A stretch of 64,000 bases of DNA from an uncultured SAR86 cluster bacterium (lineage in GTDB: Bacteria > Pseudomonadota > Gammaproteobacteria > Magnimaribacterales > D2472), in assembly GCA_902622845.1 (NCBI GenBank), contig CACNRI010000003.1, positions 42,080 to 106,079 of the forward strand. The letters are read 5' to 3'. The notes under the pieces were generated by a model. That model searched no databases. It saw nothing but the letters and a program-made list of their open reading frames with translations, and was not told the origin of the DNA. Positions within the stretch are counted from its first letter, which is position 1; each line of letters begins with the position of its first letter. Of this stretch, positions 9,604-18,827 are shown piece by piece. A program made the translations under genes and the position numbers.

Positions 9604-10509
9604 ATGAAACTTTTAACATTTACATTAAAAAAAGAACAAAACTTGAGAGTTGGAGCTCTTAAAAATGAAAATATTGTAGATTTATCTGAGGCAGAGCTTC
9701 CAACTGATATGGTTGAGTTTATCAATTTAGGAGATACTGGAATTGATAAAGCTACAGATTATATTGAGTCAAATATCACTGGTATATCGCCAGAGGATAT
9801 AGCAATTAAAGCACCTATCCAGGTTCCAAATAAGATTCTTGCCGTTGGTTTAAATTACAAGAAACACGTTGAGGAAGCTAAAGATCTTAAAGATCATCAT
9901 AGCAATGAGGTTGAACTTCAAGAACAATTTCCAAATATCTTTAATAAACAAAACTCATCAGTCAATGATCCGTATGGTGAGGTACATAGACCTAATGCTT
10001 CCAATTGGCTCGACTATGAGGGCGAGCTTGGGATGGTTGTTGGTAAGTCATGTAGACATGTTCCTTATGATCAAGCTCATAAAGCTATATATGGCTATAC
10101 TGTCGTTAATGATTTTACTGTGAGAGATTGGCAGTTTAGAGGGCCGCCTCACACAATGACGATGGGTAAGTCTTGGGATACACATTGTCCTTTTGGACCA
10201 TATATTGTTACTTCAGATGAAATAGATGATCCTCATAATTTAAATTTAAGAACTTATGTCAATAATGAAGAGCGACAAAATACTAATACAAGTCTAATGA
10301 TTTTTGATTGTTATACTTTAATAGAATATTTATCAACCGCCTTTACTTTAAAGCCTGGGGATTTGGTTCCTACTGGAACACCTGAAGGATCGGCATTAGC
10401 AACACAAAACTGGTTAGTTCCCGGTGATAAAGTAAGGGTTGAAATTGATGAGATTGGTTTCATTGAAAACGAAATAGTGCAGGAACCAGACACAACAAAA
10501 CTACTCTAA
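9604..10509 (+). CDS. fumarylacetoacetate hydrolase (FAH) family protein
   Basis: ILAVGLNYKKH, LDYEGELGMVVGK, VNDFTVRDWQ, PGDLVPTGTPEG are canonical FAH-domain blocks. Confidence 0.9.
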   Translation: MKLLTFTLKKEQNLRVGALKNENIVDLSEAELPTDMVEFINLGDTGIDKATDYIESNITGISPEDIAIKAPIQVPNKILAVGLNYKKHVEEAKDLKDHHSNEVELQEQFPNIFNKQNSSVNDPYGEVHRPNASNWLDYEGELGMVVGKSCRHVPYDQAHKAIYGYTVVNDFTVRDWQFRGPPHTMTMGKSWDTHCPFGPYIVTSDEIDDPHNLNLRTYVNNEERQNTNTSLMIFDCYTLIEYLSTAFTLKPGDLVPTGTPEGSALATQNWLVPGDKVRVEIDEIGFIENEIVQEPDTTKLL

Positions 10510-10516
10510 TTCCAAT

Positions 10517-12007
10517 ATGGAAAAATTTGATGTTGCTATATGTGGTTATGGCCCAGTTGGAGCAACACTATCCTTACTTCTAGCTAAATATAATTACAAG
10601 GTATTGATAATCGAGAAAAATCAAGGTCCGTGCAAAACCGCTAGGGCAATCAATACGGATGGTGAGCAACTTAGAATATTTGATCAATTTAACCTAGCTG
10701 AGAAAGTTATAGCTAATTCAAACCAAATTGAAAAAGTTCATTTTTCAAACAAAGATTTAGAACCAATTCAGACAATTATCGCAAGTATTGAGGATACGGA
10801 GATGGGTTGGCCTAACCAGGTTCTTTTTTATCAGCCAGAGCTAGAATCATTTTTAAGGGAAAAAATACAATCCTCCGAAAACATTGAAGTTAAAGAATCT
10901 ACTGAGCTAGTGGATTTTAAAAATACAAGCGATGGCGTTGATGTCGTCATTAACGAAAAAAATCAAAACACAAAATTGAAATCTAAATTATTGTTTGGTT
11001 GTGATGGAGCAAGTAGTTTTATTAGGAAAAAATTGGACATTAATTTAGAAGACTTAGGATATAACCAGAAATGGTTGGTATGTGATGCCCATCTTACAAA
11101 GGATATAGGCTTAAAAAATGAGCTTGTTCAAGTTTGCAATCCTTCAAGACCAGGAACTTTTCTTCATGGAAGAAGAGGACATCTTCGCTTTGAATTTAGA
11201 GTAATGCCTGATGACGATGAGGAAACTATTAAAAGTGAATCATTTATTTGGGAGCTCTTATCACCATGGATCAATAAAGATAATGCACTTCTAGAGAGAG
11301 CTGCTATATATACATTTCACGCATGTATTGCAGAGAGATGGAATGAAGATAATATTTTTATTGCTGGAGACGCAGCTCATCAAATGCCACCATTCATGGG
11401 GGCTGGAATGGGAACAGGCATAAGAGACGTATCTAATTTAGCTTGGAAGGTAGATCTTTTCTTTAACAATAAATGCTCGAAAGAAATTTTTAAGACCTAC
11501 CAAAATGAGAGATACTTACACGCAAAATGGACAGTTGCACAGACAAAGTCAATTGGTGAAATGATAGAAGGATTTTGTGCAGCAGAAGAGGGAAAGGAAT
11601 ATACTCCAGAGGGCCCAAGCTATGAAGCTAAATTCCCTCATATACCAGAGGGAGTATATGGAGATACTTCTGACATGATAACCGGTTGCCCAATACCTCA
11701 ACCAATACTTAATAGAGAAAGAAAACTTATAAAACTAGATAGAATCATCGCTTCTAAATTTTCAATAATTTCAAATAAGGCTCTTCCAAAACTATCTCCT
11801 AAAGCTGAATTAATTTTTAAACGTTTATCAATTCATTTTGAAAGAATTACATCAAATGATGACAAAGAAAGTCGATTAAAAAATATTTTTGATAAATATG
11901 ACTTTGTTGTAGTGAGACCAGATTTATATGTTTATGGCGGGTGTGAATTAGAAAATATATCAAATGTTATAGAAAGCCTTGAAGATACGTTTTTTCTTAA
12001 GTTATGA
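10517..12007 (+). CDS. FAD-dependent aromatic-ring hydroxylase (MhpA/PheA-type flavoprotein monooxygenase)
   Basis: DVAICGYGPVGATLSLLLA (GxGxxG), GCDGASSFIRK, FIAGDAAHQMPPFMGAGMGTGIRDVSNLAWK. Confidence 0.9.
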   Translation: MEKFDVAICGYGPVGATLSLLLAKYNYKVLIIEKNQGPCKTARAINTDGEQLRIFDQFNLAEKVIANSNQIEKVHFSNKDLEPIQTIIASIEDTEMGWPNQVLFYQPELESFLREKIQSSENIEVKESTELVDFKNTSDGVDVVINEKNQNTKLKSKLLFGCDGASSFIRKKLDINLEDLGYNQKWLVCDAHLTKDIGLKNELVQVCNPSRPGTFLHGRRGHLRFEFRVMPDDDEETIKSESFIWELLSPWINKDNALLERAAIYTFHACIAERWNEDNIFIAGDAAHQMPPFMGAGMGTGIRDVSNLAWKVDLFFNNKCSKEIFKTYQNERYLHAKWTVAQTKSIGEMIEGFCAAEEGKEYTPEGPSYEAKFPHIPEGVYGDTSDMITGCPIPQPILNRERKLIKLDRIIASKFSIISNKALPKLSPKAELIFKRLSIHFERITSNDDKESRLKNIFDKYDFVVVRPDLYVYGGCELENISNVIESLEDTFFLKL

Positions 12008-12018
12008 TCTGAGAATTA

Positions 12019-13697
12019 TGAAATTTCTTACATTAACTTTCCTTTTATTCCTTTCAAATTATATTGTTTCTTATGACAGAATTATTGGAAAAGATTTTGC
12101 AACTCGCTCAGAAGTCATTGCAACAAATGGAATGGCAGCAACTAGTCATCCATTGGCTACACAAACAGCTATAGATGTTCTCAAAGATGGTGGTAATGCT
12201 ATCGATGCAGCTATTGCTGCAAATGCTGTTTTAGGTCTTGTTGAGCCCACTGGGTGTGGTATTGGTGGTGACTTATTTGCAATAGTTTGGATTGAAGAAG
12301 ATAAAAAACTCTATGGTTTAAATTCATCTGGTCCAGCTGCGCAAGATATGACAATTAAAAAGCTTAAATCTATGGGTATAGATAAAATTCCTCCATTTGG
12401 TCCTTTACCAGTTACTGTTCCAGGAGCTGTTGCTGGCTGGACAGCACTTCATAAACGTTTTGGTAAAAAATCCTTTGATGAATTATTTACCAATGCTATT
12501 TACTATGCAGATAATGGGTTTCCAATAACTGAGGTTGTTGGATATTATCTTCAATTGTCATCTGAAAGATATAAAGACTATCCAAATTTTAAAGATGTTT
12601 GGATGCCAAATGGCGATGCTCTCAAAAAAGGCGATATTTTCATCAATAAGGGCTTAGCCAATACCTACAAAGAAATTGCTAAATCCTATGGAGAAAGTTT
12701 TTATAAAGGTGATATAGCTAGAATAATTTCAAAATTCATAACTGAGCAAGGTGGTTTTCTCTCAGAAGATGATCTCAAAAATTACCAACCTGAATGGATT
12801 ACTCCTGTTTCATCAAATTATAGAGGTTTTGATGTTTGGGAATTACCACCAAATGGCCAAGGTATTGCTGCTCTCCAAATATTAAATATTCTTGAGCAAT
12901 ATGATATTTCTAATATGGGACATAACTCTGCTGAATATATTCATATCTTTACAGAAGCTAAAAAATTAGCCTATGAAGATAGAGCAAAATATTATGCTGA
13001 TATGAATTTTGCTGATGTGCCTGTTATAAAACTAATTTCTAAAGAATATGCATTAGAGAGAAATAAATTAATTAATCTTAAAAAAGCTTCATTAACTTAT
13101 GACACTGGTATTTTTGAAGACGGTGATACTATTTATATGACAGTTGCTGATAAAGATGGAAACATGGTTTCACTTATACAAAGTAATTATCGTGGCATGG
13201 GCTCAGGCATGGTTCCTCCAAACCTTGGTTTTATGCTCCAAGATAGAGGAGAAATGTTTAATTTAGACCCAAAGCATCGCAACAGCTTAGAGGGTGGCAA
13301 AAGACCTTTCCATACAATTATTCCTGCATTTATTACTAAAGACGACAAGCCATTTATAAGTTTTGGATTGATGGGTGGGGGAATGCAGCCCCAAGGGCAT
13401 GCCCAAATCGTTGTAAATATTGTAGATTTTCAAATGAATCTTCAAGAAGCAGGAGATGCACCACGTATAAGACATTTTGGATCATCAGAACCCACTGGAG
13501 AAACCATGATCAATGGAGGATTTCTTAGTCTTGAATCAGGCATAGATGAACGAGTCCGTAGTGAACTATTAAAGTTAGGACATAATCTTAAAGACGAAAA
13601 AGGTGGCTATGGTGGTTATCAAGCAATTATGAAAGTAGATGGGGTGTATTATGGTGCATCTGAGAGTAGAAAAGACGGACATGCAAGCGGTTATTAG
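12019..13697 (+). CDS. ggt: gamma-glutamyltransferase, secreted
   Basis: Signal peptide MKFLTLTFLLFLS, GGNAIDAAIA, autoprocessing region GDTIYMTVADKDGNMVS, GLMGGGMQPQGH. The ATG at 12019 was chosen over the track start at 11979, which overlaps the upstream gene. Confidence 0.9.
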
Positions 13698-13713
13698 TTA
13701 AGGAGGTTTTATA

Positions 13714-13926
13714 ATGGAAATTCAAGATACTTTAGTTTATGTAAGTATGATCATTACAGTAGGAATATCGATGATAATTCTTACTACGGTTGAGAGCTTT
13801 AAGAATATTTTTTTAAATCCTCAAATTAAAAATGTAATTTATTATTTGTTATCGGTTTTTTTGGTTACTGTTTTTCAGTGGGCACTAGGCGGAGCAGTAT
13901 TCTTCTTGTATAACAAGATTTTCTAA
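13714..13926 (+). CDS. small two-TM membrane protein
   Basis: 70 aa, GGAGG 6-7 nt upstream, two hydrophobic spans. Confidence 0.45.
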   Translation: MEIQDTLVYVSMIITVGISMIILTTVESFKNIFLNPQIKNVIYYLLSVFLVTVFQWALGGAVFFLYNKIF

Positions 13927-13929
13927 AAG

Positions 13930-14103
13930 ATGGGATACGGTGAAGTAATATTATTTTGGATTTTTGTAATTTTCTTCGGATTATTGCATCAGACAGGTAT
14001 TTTTTTACCAAATACAAGACCAAGAATTTTTTGGTATAGTCTACTAATTATTTCAGGCGTAACAGCTTATTATTTATATCCCTATATTGAGAGAATATTT
14101 TGA
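13930..14103 (+). CDS. small two-TM membrane protein (not in the ORF track, 57 aa)
   Basis: Hand translation: MGYGEVILFWIFVIFFGLLHQTGIFLPNTRPRIFWYSLLIISGVTAYYLYPYIERIF*. The stop TGA (14101-14103) overlaps the TTG start of the next gene (TTGA). Confidence 0.35.
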   Translation: MGYGEVILFWIFVIFFGLLHQTGIFLPNTRPRIFWYSLLIISGVTAYYLYPYIERIF

Positions 14104-15020
14104 GGACACTTATTTTATTATTTATATCTTTAAATAGCTTTTCAGATGTTTCATTTGGTGAGTTAGAGAATTTTGTAATTGAATCCGATTACGATACAAG
14201 AAAGATTCAAATATATTATCCAAATAATAAAAAAATTAATTCAGAAACATTGTTTATTTTTATGAATGATGGAGAGGAGCTTTTTGATGCTGCTGAAAGT
14301 TGGCATAACATGGAGTGGGGTATAGATGAAAAGATTAAACAAATGAATTTAAATGAAAGCGAATTAAATTTTGTCATTATTGGTATACATAGTGCAAAAA
14401 AAGGCAATCGATTTTTTGTTGATGAAACCAAAAGATATGCTGAGTATTTTCCAAAAGAGTCAATTCCTTACTTTGATAGTGGTTTTAAGAAAAGACGTTA
14501 TCAAGAATGGGTTAATAACAACAATCTATACTATTTAGAATTTCTGACTGTAGATGTTATTCCTTTTGTAGAAGAAAAGTTTGATATCTCATTGAATAAC
14601 AAAAATTTAGGAATTATTGGAGCAAGTATGGGCGGTCTTGCTGCATTAAATGCCTTAATAGAACACCCTGATTTGTTTGGGTTTGCCGGTTGCATTTCTA
14701 CTCATTGGGTAGGAATAAAACCATTAGAATATGTTTTACTACCCCTTGTCGGAAAAATAGATGGTGATGATGATACTGCAAATGCAATTATTTCTTATAT
14801 TGAAGATAATATTACCAATATTGATGACCAAAAAATATATTTCGACCATGGAACAGTTGGTTTAGATTCTGTCTATAGCACACCACAAAGAAGAGTTAAC
14901 AAAATACTAGATTCAAAGTCAAAGGATTATAAATATTTAGTCTTTGATGGTTATGATCATTATGCACCAGAGTTCGGATCCAGATTTGACAGTGTTCTTG
15001 AATACTTAGTTATCAATTAA
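14100..15020 (+). CDS. secreted esterase (putative-esterase / esterase D-like alpha/beta hydrolase)
   Basis: GIIGASMGG nucleophile elbow (GxSxG). The N-terminal signal-like RTLILLFISLNSFS is included only with the TTG start at 14100. Confidence 0.75.
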   Translation: MRTLILLFISLNSFSDVSFGELENFVIESDYDTRKIQIYYPNNKKINSETLFIFMNDGEELFDAAESWHNMEWGIDEKIKQMNLNESELNFVIIGIHSAKKGNRFFVDETKRYAEYFPKESIPYFDSGFKKRRYQEWVNNNNLYYLEFLTVDVIPFVEEKFDISLNNKNLGIIGASMGGLAALNALIEHPDLFGFAGCISTHWVGIKPLEYVLLPLVGKIDGDDDTANAIISYIEDNITNIDDQKIYFDHGTVGLDSVYSTPQRRVNKILDSKSKDYKYLVFDGYDHYAPEFGSRFDSVLEYLVIN

Positions 15021-15327
15021 TAACCTTGCAAATAAATTCATTTTTTGTGATTTTATGGATCCATGAATTTACTTCAATTAGCACATAGGTTTTTTCATTA
15101 AATTCTAAAAATGAATTTAAAAAAATAGTTCGATGTTGGCCAAAAATTTGATTTTCTTTATGACTATTAAATACATAAATATTTTCTTTGAATAAAAATT
15201 GTTTATTTTGATATTTAATTATTAGTTCATTAGTATCTTCAACTTTTTTTATATTTTCACACTGAAGACTTAAATCCTTTGCTTGAATAGATAATGATAG
15301 AAATAAAAAGAAAATTAGTTTATTCAA
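15013..15327 (-). CDS. small secreted protein, unknown function
   Basis: In-frame TTG at 15327 gives (M)NKLIFFLFLSLSIQA, a clean signal peptide. Two Cys in the mature part. The track start at 15360 is also TTG. Confidence 0.5.
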   Translation of the reverse strand: MNKLIFFLFLSLSIQAKDLSLQCENIKKVEDTNELIIKYQNKQFLFKENIYVFNSHKENQIFGQHRTIFLNSFLEFNEKTYVLIEVNSWIHKITKNEFICKVIN

Positions 15328-15485
15328 AGGTACCAAATACCAAAAATTGCTAAACAGCAAATAAGCATCATTAGATATATAAGGATCTTAGAAAAAAGAT
15401 TGGCACTCCAACTATCTTGTTTACTAATTGATACAAACATCAAAATTGCATAAATAAACGGTATTGATAGTAACAATTTAGTCAT
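15324..15485 (-). CDS. small two-TM membrane protein (not in the ORF track, 53 aa)
   Basis: Hand translation: MTKLLLSIPFIYAILMFVSISKQDSWSANLFSKILIYLMMLICCLAIFGIWYL*. The TGA stop overlaps the TTG at 15327 of the downstream gene. Confidence 0.3.
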   Translation of the reverse strand: MTKLLLSIPFIYAILMFVSISKQDSWSANLFSKILIYLMMLICCLAIFGIWYL

Positions 15486-15552
15486 AATAATATTATATAT
15501 AAGAATATTTTTTTAATAGAATGTATTTACAAGAAAATATTAAGATTTGAAA

Positions 15553-15660
15553 ATGAAGATTATTAAAAAATTACTTACTATAGTCATCGGCCTTGGGGTC
15601 GGTGCTTTAATTTATTTTGCTTTATGGTCTGTATTTGTATATTTCGGAATAGTTAAATAA
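15553..15660 (+). CDS. small single-TM peptide (35 aa, not in the ORF track)
   Basis: MKIIKKLLTIVIGLGVGALIYFALWSVFVYFGIVK*. The stop lies 3 nt before the ATG of the DCC-family gene. Confidence 0.3.
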   Translation: MKIIKKLLTIVIGLGVGALIYFALWSVFVYFGIVK

Positions 15661-15663
15661 TTT

Positions 15664-15990
15664 ATGGAAACTTCTGATAAAGTCCTATTTAACGAAAAAT
15701 GTTCAATTTGCAATATTGAAATTCAGCATTATAAGAAAAGATCAAATATTAAATTTGTTGATTGCAGTGAAATGGATGATAAATATTTAAAAAAACTTCA
15801 TGTTAGCTTAGCAGATGGAAGTGAATTGGTTGGTGTAGATGCGTTTATCTATGTTTGGAGAAGGACGCAAGGATATAAATGGCTAGCCACTCTAACTTCT
15901 TTGCCGCTCATTAAACAGATAGCTAAGTTTATTTATTCAATTCTAGCCTTTTTGATTTATTGGCGTTTTAAGATATTCATTAAAAGCTAA
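15664..15990 (+). CDS. thiol-disulfide oxidoreductase DCC (DUF393) family protein
   Basis: N-terminal CSICNIEIQHYKK (CxxC) and the length and hydrophobic C-terminus typical of the DCC family. Confidence 0.7.
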   Translation: METSDKVLFNEKCSICNIEIQHYKKRSNIKFVDCSEMDDKYLKKLHVSLADGSELVGVDAFIYVWRRTQGYKWLATLTSLPLIKQIAKFIYSILAFLIYWRFKIFIKS

Positions 15991-16014
15991 AATAACTTAT
16001 AATATTTGCCTTTA

Positions 16015-16104
16015 GGAGAGATGGCAGAGCGGTTGAATGCACTGGTCTTGAAAACCAGCAAGGGGGCAACTCCTTCCAGGGTTCGAATCCCTGTCTCTCC
16101 GCCA
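16015..16104 (+). tRNA. tRNA-Ser (anticodon UGA), CCA encoded
   Basis: GGAGAGA...TCTCTCC acceptor stem, anticodon stem CTGGT/ACCAG with loop CUUGAAA (UGA), long variable arm, GGTTCGAATCC T-arm, GCCA 3' end. Close to E. coli serT by eye. Confidence 0.95.
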
Positions 16105-16108
16105 CTTA

Positions 16109-16516
16109 ATGATAAATATGCACGAATTTAATCCTTTTAGTATTAATAAACCTAAATTCTTAGATATTCTTGGTTTTTCGGATTTTAATCTTGATAAAGA
16201 TAACAAAACTCTTGAGCTTAAATTTAATGCCTCTGTAGACTTAACGCATTCAAATGATACTATTGTTCAAGGTGGTTTTGTAACTGCAATGCTTGATTCA
16301 TGCATGGCTCAACTCGTCTTAGCATTAACAAATGGTCAAGTTAATCCATTAACTTTAGATATCAATGTTCAATTTCTTAGACCATGTGCTGTAGGAGAAA
16401 TTCTCGTTAGGGCTAAGTATATTAAAGAGGGAAGAACGATTGCATATACGAGTGCTGAACTCTTTCAAAATGATAAGATTGTCGCCAGTGCAACCGCTAC
16501 TAGTAAGTTAGTCTAA
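16109..16516 (+). CDS. PaaI-family hotdog-fold thioesterase
   Basis: NASVDLTHSNDTIVQGGFVTAMLDSCMA...GRTIAYTSAELF fits the PaaI/YdiI pattern. Start at 16109 or 16118. Confidence 0.8.
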   Translation: MINMHEFNPFSINKPKFLDILGFSDFNLDKDNKTLELKFNASVDLTHSNDTIVQGGFVTAMLDSCMAQLVLALTNGQVNPLTLDINVQFLRPCAVGEILVRAKYIKEGRTIAYTSAELFQNDKIVASATATSKLV

Positions 16517-16518
16517 TT

Positions 16519-17436
16519 ATGTTCTTTAATGATACATCTGGTTTTGAAGAAGGCTATGCAAAGAAAGATAATCTAGAAATTTATTATAGAGATTATGGTC
16601 CCGTTGCCGGTATACCTGTTCTTTTGGTTATGGGCCTTGGTGGTCAGCTAACATTTTGGCCTCCATACATGATTAAAAGACTTCAGGATTCCGGTTACAG
16701 GCCAATTGCCTATGACAATAGAGACATGGGGTTATCAACAAGATTTAAATCAAACCCTACATTTTTGAGCAACTATTTAAAATATTATTTAAATATACCA
16801 ATTAAATCAGAGTACAAGCTAGATGATATGGCCAATGATGCTGTTATGCTCTTAGATTATCTAAGTATTGATAAATGTCATGTAATTGGTATGTCTATGG
16901 GAGGAATGATTTCACAAATATTGGTTGCTAATCATCCTGATAGATTTCATTCATATACTCAAATTGCTTCAATGGTATCAACACCAAATCCTACAAATGG
17001 ACCAAGTTTTAGAGTTATAAGATTATTACAAGAAAGAGCTTTTAAAAATGCTACAAAAGAGGAAAGAATAGATAGGGCTGTAAGGTTAGTTTCAACTATC
17101 GGTATGAAAGGATATAACTACAATACAAAGGAATTTAGAAATGAGGTGGGTCAGTCAATTGATAGAAGCAAAGATGATACAGGTTTTATAAGGCAAATGG
17201 CTGCAATTTTAGGCACTAGAGATAGGGTTAAGAAAGTTAGCAATATTAAAATACCAACATTAATAATTCATGGTGATATTGATCCATTAGTTAAGCCTAA
17301 AAATGCATTCCATTCCCATAAACTAATTTCTAATAGTGAGCTTTTGATGGTTGAAAATATGGGACATTTAATTGAAGAACCTGTTTTTAATAAGTTTAAG
17401 GAAGAACTTATACAACATCTGGATAAAAATTGTTAA
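16519..17436 (+). CDS. alpha/beta hydrolase
   Basis: VLLVMGLGG, nucleophile elbow VIGMSMGG, C-terminal GHLIEEP (catalytic His). Confidence 0.85.
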   Translation: MFFNDTSGFEEGYAKKDNLEIYYRDYGPVAGIPVLLVMGLGGQLTFWPPYMIKRLQDSGYRPIAYDNRDMGLSTRFKSNPTFLSNYLKYYLNIPIKSEYKLDDMANDAVMLLDYLSIDKCHVIGMSMGGMISQILVANHPDRFHSYTQIASMVSTPNPTNGPSFRVIRLLQERAFKNATKEERIDRAVRLVSTIGMKGYNYNTKEFRNEVGQSIDRSKDDTGFIRQMAAILGTRDRVKKVSNIKIPTLIIHGDIDPLVKPKNAFHSHKLISNSELLMVENMGHLIEEPVFNKFKEELIQHLDKNC

Positions 17437-18827
17437 CAAGTAAAGCGAAGATTGCATATGCAACTGGTGCTGTACCAAACGGTATCAAGGTTGATATGTT
17501 TACATTTTTTTTACTTTTTTATTATGGAAATGTAGTAGGTCTTGAACCTGGGCTAGCAGGTTTGGCAATAGCTATAGCACTATTTTTTGATGCATTTACA
17601 GATCCAATCATTGGATCAATTTCTGATAGAACCAACTCCTCTATTGGAAGAAGACATCCATATTTATTTGCATCAGTAGTTCCGATTGTAGTTGGGTATA
17701 TATTTTTATTTATGCCAAGATCAGATTGGGAATTAACTCAAGCATCTTTGTTTATCTGGATGCTTTCATTTTGCATTATTACAAGATTCGGGATGACATT
17801 ATTTGATGTGCCTCATAGAGCGCTTGGAGGAGAAATTACAAAAGATTATGACGAGAGAACAGCACTATTTTCTATACGCGAACTATTTGGATGGTTAGCA
17901 GGCCTTTCAAATGCTTTCTTAGGTTACTATGTTTTCTTTGCTTCAACTCCAGAGTTTTCAAAAGGGCAGCTAAATCCTGATGCGTGGGCTCCTTTTGGTT
18001 ATACAGGCGCAGCTATTATGGGTTTGTTCATTATTATTTCTTCTATATCAACCCTGCGATATGGAACTGCTTTATCTACTTGGGAGGGAAGAATAACTAT
18101 AAAAGATATATTTCAAGAAATTCGAATGGCATTAACTAATAAAACTTTTGTAATATTCTTTTTTGGTTCATTTGGCTTATCTGTAGCTTGGGGTCTTGGA
18201 AATACCTTAACTCTTTACATAAACACTTATTTTTGGGAGTTATCTGGAACACAGATTACATTATTTTTACCAATGTATGTTGTATGTGCCTTTTTAGCAT
18301 TTGCATTAGCTCCAAGTTTGGTAAAACTGTTTGAGAAAAGGAGCATAATATTAGTATCAATGTTTTTAACTGGAATAATTTATCCAGCTCCATTAATACT
18401 TGGATATTTCGATTTAACTCCTCCAAAAGGCACATATCAATTGGTAATGTTTTTATGGATATTTATTCTTGTTGGCATTACGAATAACATCATTGGCAAT
18501 ATGATTCGCGACTCTATGGTTGCTGACATAGCAGATGAAGTGGAATTAATTACTGATAAAAGACAAGAGGGTGTTCTCTTTGCAGCACTTGGTTTTTTAC
18601 AAAAGGTTAATACAGGATTTGGAACTGCAATAGCTGGCTTTGTTTTAAGTATTATTGGTTTTACTTCTACAAACCCTTCAGATGATCAAATTTTCTTTTT
18701 AATATCAACTCAAGGTGGCTTGGTCCCTATCATGCTACTGATACCCATTGTTATTTTCTATTTTTATAATCTTGATCGACAAAAGCATCGATTAATACAA
18801 GAGAAACTTAATCTTAAGAAGTCTTAA
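17430..18827 (+). CDS. MFS transporter, glycoside-pentoside-hexuronide (GPH) cation symporter-like
   Basis: About 12 TM. DPIIGSISDRTNSSIGRRHPY is the GPH signature region. TTG start overlaps the upstream stop. Confidence 0.85.
   Translation: MLTSKAKIAYATGAVPNGIKVDMFTFFLLFYYGNVVGLEPGLAGLAIAIALFFDAFTDPIIGSISDRTNSSIGRRHPYLFASVVPIVVGYIFLFMPRSDWELTQASLFIWMLSFCIITRFGMTLFDVPHRALGGEITKDYDERTALFSIRELFGWLAGLSNAFLGYYVFFASTPEFSKGQLNPDAWAPFGYTGAAIMGLFIIISSISTLRYGTALSTWEGRITIKDIFQEIRMALTNKTFVIFFFGSFGLSVAWGLGNTLTLYINTYFWELSGTQITLFLPMYVVCAFLAFALAPSLVKLFEKRSIILVSMFLTGIIYPAPLILGYFDLTPPKGTYQLVMFLWIFILVGITNNIIGNMIRDSMVADIADEVELITDKRQEGVLFAALGFLQKVNTGFGTAIAGFVLSIIGFTSTNPSDDQIFFLISTQGGLVPIMLLIPIVIFYFYNLDRQKHRLIQEKLNLKKS

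Noticed and set aside
11979-12018. N-terminal extensions offered by the ORF track: ggt from 11979, cupin from 46205, ALDH from 24311, sulfatase from 7980, SDR from 1677
   Set aside because: Each extension starts at a non-ATG codon or overlaps the upstream gene, and adds residues ahead of a clean signal peptide or Rossmann N-terminus. Downstream ATGs with better SD context (12019, 46268, 24323, 7965, 1644/1638) were preferred.
13700-16110. Possible genomic island integrated at tRNA-Ser
   Set aside because: The flanking genes are small and poorly characterised, but there is no integrase, recombinase or transposase. I could not find a direct repeat of the tRNA 3' end, and composition looks like the rest of the window. 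I kept only the small-ORF observation.
16012-16206. 64-aa minus-strand ORF
   Set aside because: It is the reverse complement of the tRNA-Ser gene plus the 5' end of the thioesterase gene. The tRNA cloverleaf explains the sequence.
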